This document shows, one piece after another, positions 15,984 to 25,562 of a DNA stretch of 62,802 bases (positions are counted from its first letter, which is position 1; every line of letters starts with the position of its first letter). A program made the translations under genes and the position numbers. This DNA comes from an uncultured Nitrospirales bacterium (GTDB taxonomy: Bacteria > Hydrogenedentota > Hydrogenedentia > Hydrogenedentales > GCA-2746185), in contig CAYPNI010000005.1 of the NCBI GenBank assembly GCA_964411925.1, forward strand, positions 1 to 62,802. The letters run 5' to 3'. The notes below the pieces were generated by a model. That model had not been told where the DNA came from and did no database searches. It worked only from the letters and a program-made list of their open reading frames with translations.

Positions 15984-17153
15984 TCACGTCTGCGCGCGGC
16001 TCACCGCTGCTCGGGCAGACCGGTGGTTCCTGCCGGCGGCGCGGGATCGCTGCATCAACGTTTCGACGATGGTGTCCATACGTGCGACGTAAGAATCAAA
16101 CGTCGCGATCGGCGCGATGTGTTCCTTGAGCCGAGTGTGATCGCGCCCCGACCGCAACACCTCGCCGATCTTCGCCTGAAAGGCGTCCCAGTCACCGATG
16201 GGAACGTAGTATGCCCCGTCTCCGCTGGTTTCCCGGACGACCGGCAAATCGAACGCAATGCACGGAACGTTGCAATACTGGGCCTCGACAGGCGGGTAGC
16301 CAAAGCCTTCGAAAAAGGAGGGGAAAAGGACAAGCTTTGACCTTTTGATTTCGCGAAATTTCTCGACGTCCGATAGCTTGGTTTTAATTTCCAGCCGGAT
16401 GCCAAACGCGTCAGCTTCCACTTGCCACCGGTCGAACTCTGGTGGCGTCGCCTGTTTCGAACCGACGATGAACACCATCGTGTAGCCGCGGAGCGCCTCG
16501 CAAAACAGTTTGTTCGCCTGCGTCGAACCTTTGTGCGCGTCCTGGGCGAAGAAACGTCCGAAGAGCAAGACGCGGTTCTCAGGTTTCACGCCGGTCACAG
16601 TGTCGGCAACGCGGCTGTTGATCGAGGGATAGCAGGCGGTATGGATTGTCTCCGGACCGATATCGTCAAAGTATTCCCGGGCATACCTCACGCTCTCTTC
16701 CGCGCTCGAGATGATCATGTCCGCATATCCACACATGCGTTTCCAGCCGGTGTAGACATGGGGACTCCGGGGGCTCGGCGAGAGTGCGTTGTACCAGTTG
16801 GGCGTCTCGAAATTGAGTGTCGCCAGCCGAGCCTTGCGGCTTACAGCGAACGCCTTGATTCGCATGAAAAAGCTCGGGTCGACGTTCAGGTGCGGGACCA
16901 GAATAACGATGTCAAAATCGCGGAGGGGCAGTCCCGTGCGGAAGTCACGCGTCAGGCAGATTTTGATGCGCCGGTGGTCCGGATACGACCGAAAATCCGA
17001 CATAAAGACCGGCCTGGCGTTTGTAACATAGGTAACGTGGTGTCCGCCGGCGGACAGCGCTTCGGCCATCATCCATGCGTGATAGCGGCCGCCCGAGTAT
17101 TCGTTCGGCGAATTCCACCCCACGATGGCGATTCTCTTAGTGGATTGACTCAA
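15984..17153 (-). CDS. Glycosyltransferase family 4 (GT-B)
   Basis: N-terminal SGG motif; C-terminal FPSFFEGFGYPPVEA (E-x7-E) and AFDLPVVRE typical of GT4. Confidence 0.85.
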   Translation of the reverse strand: MSQSTKRIAIVGWNSPNEYSGGRYHAWMMAEALSAGGHHVTYVTNARPVFMSDFRSYPDHRRIKICLTRDFRTGLPLRDFDIVILVPHLNVDPSFFMRIKAFAVSRKARLATLNFETPNWYNALSPSPRSPHVYTGWKRMCGYADMIISSAEESVRYAREYFDDIGPETIHTACYPSINSRVADTVTGVKPENRVLLFGRFFAQDAHKGSTQANKLFCEALRGYTMVFIVGSKQATPPEFDRWQVEADAFGIRLEIKTKLSDVEKFREIKRSKLVLFPSFFEGFGYPPVEAQYCNVPCIAFDLPVVRETSGDGAYYVPIGDWDAFQAKIGEVLRSGRDHTRLKEHIAPIATFDSYVARMDTIVETLMQRSRAAGRNHRSARAAVSRAQT

Positions 17154-17355
17154 CCTCGAATCGATTCCGTGCGTGGCCGCTGTTGAATGGATTGCAGCAC
17201 CTTCGGCATCGCGATGCCGCCACTCCAGTTAAGGCCACGGATATCCCGTACCGCTTCCCCCGCGCCGGAAGCGTAGCACCAGATTGTTGGAATATCCAGC
17301 GAAATCGGAAGCGAATTCGAGTTTTTTCAATATATACCTACAACAGGCGGAATGC

Positions 17356-18294
17356 CTACCCGGCGCGAATAGCGTCGATGAAAGCGACGGCGCCCGCCGA
17401 TGCGCAGCGGTCGGCGTGGGGGAGGATGTCGGCGTCGTCGATGTCCGTCTTCACCCAGCCCTGTCCGGGCACCACCTTGTACACGAGCGTCGTGTACTCG
17501 AAACCGTGGAGGGAGTCCGCGAGCCGGAGCAGCCGCGGCTTGTCGAAGGTGTAATAGATCGGTTTGCCGGGCTGCTGGTAGAGGTAGAGCAGTTCGAACG
17601 GACCGAAGGGCACGGACGTGAGCAGCCGGCCGCCGGCCTTCACCATGCGCGCCACGCTTTTCAGGCCTTCGATGGCGAAGCGCTCGGGATCGCCGATCTC
17701 GCCGTCGAACTCGGCCGGCGCGCCGCCGTAGCGCGTATTGTCCATCCCCACGTGCTCGATCGTGCTGAGGCACGTCACCAGGTCGAACCCGAGCGTCTCG
17801 GGAAGCCGCAGCCGGCGGATGTCCGAGAGGACGTAGACCATGTTTTCGGTGTAGGCCGGTTTTTCGAGCGACGGATTGACGAGCCAGATCATCTGCGCCA
17901 ATTGACTCACGTATTTCGCGATCAGGGAATTATTCAGTACGCAGCCAACGTCGAGCACGTGCAAGTTCGGATGCTTCGACGCCTCGATGATGGCCTCGAG
18001 CGCCACCGGATACTCGATGCATCGTTCATCCAGCGTCGCGAGTTCCGCACGGCGGAAGATGGCCGGGTCGATGCGCCGCGCGTTGTACACGGATTCCATC
18101 AACGGCGGGATGAGTCGATCCTTTAGCGCGAGAAACTCGGGACGGAATCCGCGCAATTGCGCGCCTGCTTCACGCCGGTTGAGCGGGTCGCGTGCGCGCG
18201 TATCCGTGAGCGCGCTCAACGCAGTACTTCCGATTCTCGCGGCGCCGAGTGCGCCGCCGGCCCGGCGGAGCTTTCGCGCAATGCGTCTGAACAA
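17356..18294 (-). CDS. Class I SAM-dependent methyltransferase (DUF268-like)
   Basis: ERCIEYP, VLDVGC, FDLVTCLSTIEHVG...RYG, LKAGG-like VKAGGRLLTSVP; probable TTG start at 18294 after AAGGAGGAGG, overlapping the 3' end of the WbsX gene. Confidence 0.72.
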   Translation of the reverse strand: MFRRIARKLRRAGGALGAARIGSTALSALTDTRARDPLNRREAGAQLRGFRPEFLALKDRLIPPLMESVYNARRIDPAIFRRAELATLDERCIEYPVALEAIIEASKHPNLHVLDVGCVLNNSLIAKYVSQLAQMIWLVNPSLEKPAYTENMVYVLSDIRRLRLPETLGFDLVTCLSTIEHVGMDNTRYGGAPAEFDGEIGDPERFAIEGLKSVARMVKAGGRLLTSVPFGPFELLYLYQQPGKPIYYTFDKPRLLRLADSLHGFEYTTLVYKVVPGQGWVKTDIDDADILPHADRCASAGAVAFIDAIRAG

Positions 18295-19391
18295 ACCTCC
18301 TCCTTCAACACTTCGAGAAACGCGCGCCCGTATTTCAGATCCGGCTCGATGTAGTTTCCCTCGGCCCATTCGTTCCACGACTTGAGGAAAACAATGCGGT
18401 GTTCCCGCGGCTTGTGCATGACACGCGCCAGCACGTTGCGCACATGCTCGCGAAAGACCTCGGGCGTGAAATCCGTGAGAATCATCGCGGACTTTCCCGA
18501 GCGCGGGGAATTATCCCACCCCGCAACGATGCTGGGGTAGTGACAGTCATCCATCGGAAAATCCGGATACTTGGGTCCGTGCATATACGGCACGGAGTCC
18601 GCGTAGCGGTAGGCGTGCACGGGCCAGCCGAGGAGGTTTCGTAGGTAGGGGCGCAGCTTGTCGTCCCGGCGGACCCACTTCAGAATGCTCTGGTGCGCCC
18701 AGTTCGCTCCGTCGAATCCGTGCTTGTGCGCGTCCCAATCGTCCTTCTGGTAGGCGATGATGTGCAAGCCGGGCAGCCCCTCCTTGGCCGCCAGCTCGCG
18801 CCATAAGTCCACGAACTGCCGCGAATTGGGCATGTTCTCCGGCCGGAACAACATGAACAGCGGTTTGCCGTCGATGCGCAGATAGCGCGGGTCGGTGAAC
18901 ATCGGCAACAGGTAGTAGAAGTGCTTCGTGTAGTCATCGACGCCGGGATAGGTCTGCTCCATCAGCATGCGGTCGGCCGCGCCATGCCAGATGCCCGTCC
19001 AGCTCTCGTTCGCCCACGCGACACAGTACGGAAAGTCCGGCTCACCCGAACGGACGACCTCCTGCAACGGGCGTTCAATGAGCAGCTTGCCGCCGAACCA
19101 GTAGTGCCAGTAGCAAAACGCTTCGACGCCATGCGCGCGGGCCATCTCCGCCTGCGCGGCGCGCGTCTCCGGCACGCGCAGATCGTAGAACCCGAGGTCT
19201 GCGGGGACCCGCGGCTGGTAATGCCCCGGGAAGAGCGGCCGAGCGCGGGCGACATTCGTCCATTCCGTAAACCCCTGTCCCCACCACGCGTCGTTCTCCG
19301 GAATGGGGTGGAATTGGGGCAGGTAATTCGCGATGACGCGGGCTTTGGGGACGTTCACAGCGGACGGTTTCACGACTGCGGAATATGGCAC
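18216..19391 (-). CDS. WbsX-like glycosyltransferase (GH99-like TIM-barrel domain)
   Basis: ANYLPQFHPIPENDAWWGQGFTEWTNV, LGFYDLR, FCYWHYWF, WANESW and SWNEWAEGNYIEPD are strongly diagnostic. Confidence 0.93.
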   Translation of the reverse strand: MPYSAVVKPSAVNVPKARVIANYLPQFHPIPENDAWWGQGFTEWTNVARARPLFPGHYQPRVPADLGFYDLRVPETRAAQAEMARAHGVEAFCYWHYWFGGKLLIERPLQEVVRSGEPDFPYCVAWANESWTGIWHGAADRMLMEQTYPGVDDYTKHFYYLLPMFTDPRYLRIDGKPLFMLFRPENMPNSRQFVDLWRELAAKEGLPGLHIIAYQKDDWDAHKHGFDGANWAHQSILKWVRRDDKLRPYLRNLLGWPVHAYRYADSVPYMHGPKYPDFPMDDCHYPSIVAGWDNSPRSGKSAMILTDFTPEVFREHVRNVLARVMHKPREHRIVFLKSWNEWAEGNYIEPDLKYGRAFLEVLKEEVCSDALRESSAGPAAHSAPRESEVLR

Positions 19392-19502
19392 GATGCAGCC
19401 GGGGCATGCAAGCCGTTTTCCGAATCTGTGTAGCGCCGAACCCGATCGGTGCGCGCGCTCTTACGCCTCACGATGGCGGCCAATGCGTCCGGGCCCAAGC
19501 GC

Positions 19503-21584
19503 TCACTCCGGTATCGCGAAGATTTCGAAGGAATTAAATCGTAGCTCGGTTTCAGCATCGGCCGGGTCTATCCGAAGCGTCGCGGCGGGAGAGAGGTCCG
19601 GGAATGCAAACGAGAGGTAGTTCTCGCCGGCTTGCAGCTTCTGTGCGACGCTGTTTTTCTCGGAGTACGACTCTTCGTCCGCGCGTTTGTAGAAGACCTG
19701 GAACGAGGTCGGCGCGGCGCTCGTGATAATCGCCCTCAGAAAGAGGATTTCGCCTGGATTAACACTGAGATTGGGCGTGAAGAAGATCGGATCGGGGCCG
19801 GAGGAATCGAGGTATAGCGCATTGTCCGCCACGCGGAATTCGACGTAGATATTCCGCTGGAGTTGCGTCAGATCGGTCGAGGCATCGATCGAATAGACCA
19901 ACCGTCCGGCATCCTGGATGCGCTTGACGCGATCGCTGGGCCCCCACAGTTCCGATGCTCCGTCGCTCCAGACCATCTCCCACGCGCCGGCACGCCCCCG
20001 CGGATCGTTAATAACCGTGTGCAGCGTGCGGAAGCTTTCCCCGAACATCTCGGCGTACCCGTGATCGAAGAGGATGAAATCGGGATGGGTCTCTTCTATC
20101 ACACGGAGATGATCGGTCTCCCTGTGCCGAGCTTGAATCGCGACGAACTTACCCGCGTGCCCATAACTTAGGATTTCGGGTGTAGCGCCATACACGACCG
20201 GGTTGTCGTCGTCCTCAGCGAAAACGCGTTTCGCGGCGGCCGCACGGTAGTCCTTGTAGTTCACCCTTCGAATTTCATTCAGTTCGATTGCGGCACCCGC
20301 GATTAACGCAAGAACCACCGCAAAGATGGACCAATAGGCCCACGAGATGCGCTGGATTCGGAAGGAAACCAGCGAGCGGAGCATGAAGCCGATGGCGTAC
20401 GCGCCGGGCAGGGCGAGCGCCGGGGCGGCCGGCCAGACCTGGCGCTCCTGCACGGATATGCCCGGCAAAACCAATACGTACACGCCAATCCAGGACGCGA
20501 TCACGGCGGCGGCGACGCGGTCGCGCCGTCTGGCGAGGATTACCACGCCCAACGCCAGGGGCCAGAACCCGAGGATGTTGAAATCCTTGTCTTCCAGGAA
20601 TCGGTAGGTTACGAGATACACGCCTTCGAAGTAATTCGCGACGTATTGCCGGCGATTCTCCCAGATCACCGCGAGCGCGCTCTTCCCGGTTTTCACGGGC
20701 GAAGACGGATCCTGGGTGAATTCAAAGCGTCTTGCCCAGTCGTCCCCATCCGGAAACGGCCCCATCAGAATTCCGTCGTAGACGATGTACGTCGTGTACG
20801 AAGGCCTGAACGGTTCTACGCCGAGCTTGTCTCGCATAGACGCGGCGTTAGCGCTGGTATACGCCGCATTCCCCAGCGCGTACAGTGCGATCGCGATCAC
20901 GACGGCGGTCCACGTCAACGCGAGGCGACGGTGCGGCGGCCGCTGGGTTCCACGGAGACCAAAATGCGCCCACGTCAACGCCGCCGCGAGAAGGAGTGCA
21001 TGAAAAACCGCCGGACCGCGGATCGCCATGGCGATCGCCAGGGTCGGGATTCCGAGGATGAGCCACCACAGTCGCCCCTGTCGCCAGTACATGGCGATCA
21101 GGGACACTCCCACAATACTGAACAGAATAAACGCGCTTTCGCTCTCTGCCCGGAGTGTCTGATCGATGATGGATGAGGAGGTCGCGACGACGCCCGCCGC
21201 AGCCAACCGGTCGAATACGGTTCCGCCCATGGCGAATACGAGCAACGCCGCCGCAGGCACGATCAGGACGCTGCACACCATCGAGAGGGCGGCGGCCGTT
21301 TGCGCCCAGCCCTTCCCGGTGAATTCAACGAGCAACCCCAACGCGGTCGCAAGTCCGTATTGATTGACGCGGAGGGACAGTCTGGCTTCATTGGGAGTCC
21401 CTGTGAGATCGGTCCATGCTTTACTGAGGACGTACAAATCCCCGGTCACACCCACCGGATCGCTGTTTGCCCAGCGTTGGATCCGCGCGAAAACGGCAAA
21501 CACCAACAGCAGGGCCGCTAAAATCCAGATCAGGTAGATGGAGCTTCGTCGCAGCGCTTGCTCCCACGATCCCGCCAACTTCAT
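19503..21584 (-). CDS. GT-C-like multi-pass membrane glycosyltransferase with C-terminal periplasmic beta-sandwich
   Basis: About 11 TM segments, acidic residues in first loop (SDPVGVTGD), ESESAF ArnT-like motif; C-terminal LYLDSSGPDP...SEKNS...GEN...LRIDP domain. Confidence 0.55.
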   Translation of the reverse strand: MKLAGSWEQALRRSSIYLIWILAALLLVFAVFARIQRWANSDPVGVTGDLYVLSKAWTDLTGTPNEARLSLRVNQYGLATALGLLVEFTGKGWAQTAAALSMVCSVLIVPAAALLVFAMGGTVFDRLAAAGVVATSSSIIDQTLRAESESAFILFSIVGVSLIAMYWRQGRLWWLILGIPTLAIAMAIRGPAVFHALLLAAALTWAHFGLRGTQRPPHRRLALTWTAVVIAIALYALGNAAYTSANAASMRDKLGVEPFRPSYTTYIVYDGILMGPFPDGDDWARRFEFTQDPSSPVKTGKSALAVIWENRRQYVANYFEGVYLVTYRFLEDKDFNILGFWPLALGVVILARRRDRVAAAVIASWIGVYVLVLPGISVQERQVWPAAPALALPGAYAIGFMLRSLVSFRIQRISWAYWSIFAVVLALIAGAAIELNEIRRVNYKDYRAAAAKRVFAEDDDNPVVYGATPEILSYGHAGKFVAIQARHRETDHLRVIEETHPDFILFDHGYAEMFGESFRTLHTVINDPRGRAGAWEMVWSDGASELWGPSDRVKRIQDAGRLVYSIDASTDLTQLQRNIYVEFRVADNALYLDSSGPDPIFFTPNLSVNPGEILFLRAIITSAAPTSFQVFYKRADEESYSEKNSVAQKLQAGENYLSFAFPDLSPAATLRIDPADAETELRFNSFEIFAIPE

Positions 21585-21747
21585 GGATCAACCCGACTCC
21601 CCAACAGCGTGGCGCCTTTGCAACCGTCCCCTAGTTGGATGGCCGATCCTCGAAATCGGTTACAAATCCTGTTGTCGCCTGGATCGGACCCCTGCGTCTC
21701 GAGATCGCGCCTATGTCGGCCGGCCTCGGAAGTGCGTGAATCAGACA

Positions 21748-23673
21748 TCATGGCTTGACGACAGTTATCGCCCGTGTCTCCTCAGCCAGTATCTGACCGG
21801 CGGCGTCAATCGCCCGAATTTTCACGTGAGCCGGCATCGATTGCGTGTCGATCTCGACCACGGAGTCGAATCCTGGCATGACGTCACGGTACTGGGGGAA
21901 ACTGCGGTAGACGTCGCCTCGGGAGAGCGGATATCGTGCGGTTGCAATCCGTGCGGCATCATCCCAAATCTCGACACTGGCAACGGAATGAGGTGACACT
22001 ACCCATCCCCTGGAGGATATCCGTCCGGAAGGCGTGGCTTCGACGGCCACGTTTATCAGCGTCGGATAGTCCTTCGAGATTGGGGAAATTGAGTGCTCCA
22101 GGGACTTATTGAAGAGGACGTTGGGTTTTCCTCCCGGATACTCCCCCGGTTCGACGATGCGCATCCGTCCCGCCGCGACATCGTCCCGGTCAATCCCGTC
22201 GAACTGATACTCGCTGGGTTCTCGAACATAGACTCTCTGCGTTCCCCGGCTAAACAGGTATCGCCGGGGGTGCCAACCCTGCTCGATCTTGAATTCGTAT
22301 CCTTGTTCAATGAAGTACAGCGGTAGCAGTTGGTAGAACGCCTTGAAGAGCCAGCTGGCCCCGGGTGCTTCCTTCGTGATGAACAGGAAATCGATTTCCT
22401 CGGACTCAACCAATTGCACGACGCGCCGCATGAATGCGGATCGCAGATACGGATCCATGGGTTTGTTGCTCTGCCTCACACTACGGTAGACGCTCAGGTA
22501 CTTTCCGTACTGCCGCATGTTGTCGTGTGTGTACACCGCCCGCGGACTGGACGTCACGCGTACGAATGGCGTCTTGGACGTCAATTCGATCGCCATGAAC
22601 AGATGGAACAGGCTGATCGCGCACAGGAAGACGGCGAGGGCGCCTGCTGCGAGGGGTCGATGCAGCGACCTTAGGTGCTCGACAAATTGAAGATGAAATA
22701 TCGGGGCCAGGACGAGGAACGGAAGCAAATACTTCGGGGACGTCAGGTCCCTGATTCCATAGAGCAAGAGCAGAATCGTTAGTCCGGTAATCACTGTTCC
22801 AACGGTTCGAAACCTCGCGGCTTGCCAGAGAAGGTAGACGCCATAGATCGCCAGCAGCGCCATCATCGGCAGAGGCATGGAGCTAAGGAGCATGTTCAGT
22901 CGCCAACGCCAGTCCTGCAGGCGATCTGCATACTGACCTTGAATGCGAATGATCTCCCACAGTTCGGCGAACGGAAACAGGCCCACGACCCATGCGAAGA
23001 AGAGCGTCCCGCAGACGCCGAGGACGAAAATCAATCCATTCGAGATTCTTCGGTCTGGAAATCCAGCGATCCTCCACAGGAGAAACGGAGCCCCAAGGGC
23101 AAAGTCGAACCGGAACAAGACACTTGCTGCGAACACCTCCGCCACCAGGACGACCGACATCGGCCTGAGACCGGATTCTCCGTTCCGCGGTCGCGACAGG
23201 AAGACCGCAAACAGAAACATGCACATTCCGTAAACTGACGAGTTTGGGTATAGCATGGTCATAATGACCTCTTGCTGGGAGGCCACAACGATCAGTCCTG
23301 CACCGACGAATACGAGACTATGCGTAATTCGATAGATGAAAGCGGCGTAGAGACAAATCGTCAATGCGCCAAACATCGCGGGGAGAAGATATAGCGCCGT
23401 GACGCTACCCGTTAGGTTGAAAACCCAGAAGTACAAGGCGTGCGTCAGCGGCTGGTGTGCGAAGTTGTATAGGGAGAAATCCCCTGTTCTGCCCGCCGGA
23501 AGATTGATGCCGCCGGCAATCAGTTCGAGCGCATCTTGCTCGTAGAAACCTCGGTCGCCGTACGTGGCCAACAGTACGAACGAAAACACGAACAGATGAC
23601 CATGGGAGATCAAAAGGACGCTGCGCCGCCTTGTTGTTGGCGCTTCGATGGCCGCAGTTGGCAACTGGTTCAT
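21748..23673 (-). CDS. GT-C-like multi-pass membrane protein with C-terminal Ig-like domain
   Basis: About 10 TM segments, EQD acidic motif after TM1, AHQPL loop, SPKYLLPF; C-terminal RGWVV...VEIWDD...RGDVYRSFPQY...PGF Ig-like module. Upstream ATG 23778 is an alternative start. Confidence 0.5.
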   Translation of the reverse strand: MNQLPTAAIEAPTTRRRSVLLISHGHLFVFSFVLLATYGDRGFYEQDALELIAGGINLPAGRTGDFSLYNFAHQPLTHALYFWVFNLTGSVTALYLLPAMFGALTICLYAAFIYRITHSLVFVGAGLIVVASQQEVIMTMLYPNSSVYGMCMFLFAVFLSRPRNGESGLRPMSVVLVAEVFAASVLFRFDFALGAPFLLWRIAGFPDRRISNGLIFVLGVCGTLFFAWVVGLFPFAELWEIIRIQGQYADRLQDWRWRLNMLLSSMPLPMMALLAIYGVYLLWQAARFRTVGTVITGLTILLLLYGIRDLTSPKYLLPFLVLAPIFHLQFVEHLRSLHRPLAAGALAVFLCAISLFHLFMAIELTSKTPFVRVTSSPRAVYTHDNMRQYGKYLSVYRSVRQSNKPMDPYLRSAFMRRVVQLVESEEIDFLFITKEAPGASWLFKAFYQLLPLYFIEQGYEFKIEQGWHPRRYLFSRGTQRVYVREPSEYQFDGIDRDDVAAGRMRIVEPGEYPGGKPNVLFNKSLEHSISPISKDYPTLINVAVEATPSGRISSRGWVVSPHSVASVEIWDDAARIATARYPLSRGDVYRSFPQYRDVMPGFDSVVEIDTQSMPAHVKIRAIDAAGQILAEETRAITVVKP

Positions 23674-23963
23674 TCGGTCGTCCGATACTGGTGCTCTGAA
23701 TCCGGTCGCGTCAGCGCCGTGGCGGGGGGCGCCATGGGGCTGAAAACGCCACGGGATTATGGCAAATGCGAGGTCCAATAGGACATTGGCTTTTGCGGCT
23801 CCCGTCGGACAATAACACCTATGGTTTCAGGCACTTAGGGTGGCCGATCCTCCGCCCCTCGAATTGATAATCGAAATTGGCTGTGACAAATCCAGCCGCT
23901 CCTGACACTAATACGACGCGGATCAACGCGCCGACCGTACACGGTCTGACATGAGGAGAAATC

Positions 23964-24818
23964 GTGATGACGAAAGCACTTTCAGTCTTGGTTCTTGCGG
24001 TTGCGGTTTTGCTGGCCTGCGGAGTCGCCTCCGCGCAGACGCATACCGGAAACGTGACGATTACCGGACAAGCCATCGTCCTGCAATCCAACGGGAACGG
24101 CAACGTCGTGCCCGGAAACTTCATCGTTGGCGGTACGAATCCCAAGCAGTTCTACTGGGACGGCATCAACCGCTGGCAGTTCAATTCTCCATTGAAGGTA
24201 ACGGGCGATCTCGAGGCGAACCTCGTCCGCACTGGCGTATCGGCGAACACGGGCGTCACTGACATCTACATGGTCTTCGGCAACCAGGCAACCGGAAAAT
24301 TCATCCGTTGGCGCGCGCCGAACAATCGCTTTGAAACGAGTTCCAGCCTGCAGATCGAGGGCACGGGCACGGTAAACATTCTGGAGATCACGGGTGGCTC
24401 GGATTTCGCCGAGGACTTCAACGTGAACGATTCGAGCGATGTCGAACCCGGCACGGTGGTAGTCATCGACGCGGAGAACGCGGGCCAGCTCAAGGTCAGC
24501 CAGACGGCCTATGACCGCACGGTCGCGGGAATCGTAAGCGGCGCGGGCGGGCTGAGTGTCGGGATGCGCATGGGCCAAAAGGGCACCGTGGCGGACGGCG
24601 ATCATCCGGTGGCGCTTTCGGGCCGGGTCTACTGCAAGGTGGACGCGACGCTGGCCGCGGTCGCCCCGGGCGATCTGCTGACGACGTCGAACACGCCGGG
24701 CCATGCGATGAAGGTGCTCGACCACGCGCAGGCGACGGGCGCCATTATCGGTAAGGCGATGACGCCACTCGCGCAGGGCGAGACGGGCCTTGTGCTGGTG
24801 TTGGTCTCCCTGCAGTAG
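23964..24818 (+). CDS. Secreted fibre-like protein with C-terminal Peptidase G2-like intramolecular chaperone/autocleavage domain
   Basis: GAGGAG RBS; Sec signal ending ASA-Q; two W-x4/5-R(W/F)-x4-L-x-(V/I)-x-G beta repeats; SDFAE at 24399-24413 followed by EPGTVVVID...VAGIVS...VALSGRV.CKVD...PGDLLTTS..PGHAMK...IIGKA. Confidence 0.6.
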   Translation: MMTKALSVLVLAVAVLLACGVASAQTHTGNVTITGQAIVLQSNGNGNVVPGNFIVGGTNPKQFYWDGINRWQFNSPLKVTGDLEANLVRTGVSANTGVTDIYMVFGNQATGKFIRWRAPNNRFETSSSLQIEGTGTVNILEITGGSDFAEDFNVNDSSDVEPGTVVVIDAENAGQLKVSQTAYDRTVAGIVSGAGGLSVGMRMGQKGTVADGDHPVALSGRVYCKVDATLAAVAPGDLLTTSNTPGHAMKVLDHAQATGAIIGKAMTPLAQGETGLVLVLVSLQ

Positions 24819-24837
24819 TTCCGAGTTGGACGCATCG

Positions 24838-24872
24838 CGCTGAGGGAGGCGTAGAAGACGCCTCCTTCAGCG
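24838..24872. terminator. Strong 15-bp GC-rich stem-loop downstream of the fibre gene (no U-tract); terminator or RNA-stabilising hairpin
   Basis: CGCTGAGGGAGGCGT-AGAAG-ACGCCTCCTTCAGCG with one G-U pair. Confidence 0.45.
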
Positions 24873-24962
24873 TCGGACAGTTGAATGGTATAGCTCGAGC
24901 GATGGACGATTCGGGCGATCGTTAGACGCGCGGCGGTCCTATCCCGTACATTGATAACACGT

Positions 24963-25562
24963 ATGCCAGCCGACTCCGCGCAAAATCGCACCGATCGCGA
25001 GTTGGTCAGCGCGACGCTCGCAGGCGACCGGACGGCGTTCCGAGTCATTGTCGAGCGCCACGGCACCATCGTGCTGGCGTACCTCATCCGGCACACGGGA
25101 TCGGCCGCTGTTGCTGAAGACCTGGCGCAAGAGGTCTTCCTCGCGGCCTACCAGCACCTGGGCCGGCTACGCGATCCGGACACGCTCCGGTCGTGGCTGG
25201 TCGGCATCGGCCGGAACAAGGTGCGCGAGTGGCGCCGGGCGGTTCGCAGAGACACCGGGGCCGTTCCCGCCGATCCTTCGTTCGAGGCCGCCGACGCACA
25301 GCCGGGTCCGGACGAGCGCGCGTCGCGGCGTGAGACGTTCTCCGTCGTCACCGAGATCGTGAACGGCATGAGCCCGAAGTACAAACCGGTCGTGTGGATG
25401 CGGCTGGTGGAAGAGTTGTCGTTTCGTGACATCGCGGAGCGATTGAATGTGAAGGAAGGCACCGCGCGCATGCGGTTCGGCCGCGGCGCATCGATTTTGC
25501 GAAAGTCGTTGAGGCGGCGAGGCTTCGGCACGGATACAGTAGGCGGAACCAGCGATGAATAG
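24963..25562 (+). CDS. ECF-family RNA polymerase sigma-70 factor
   Basis: DRELV...GDRTAFRVIVERH, AEDLAQEVFL, LRSWLVGIGRNKVREW (region 2); LSFRDIAERLNVKEGTARMRFGRG (region 4.2 HTH). Confidence 0.93.
   Translation: MPADSAQNRTDRELVSATLAGDRTAFRVIVERHGTIVLAYLIRHTGSAAVAEDLAQEVFLAAYQHLGRLRDPDTLRSWLVGIGRNKVREWRRAVRRDTGAVPADPSFEAADAQPGPDERASRRETFSVVTEIVNGMSPKYKPVVWMRLVEELSFRDIAERLNVKEGTARMRFGRGASILRKSLRRRGFGTDTVGGTSDE

Noticed and set aside
17921-17931. ATCAGGGAATT half-site resembling the att-like palindrome
   Set aside because: It lies within the methyltransferase coding region (NNSLI) with no partner half-site; likely chance.
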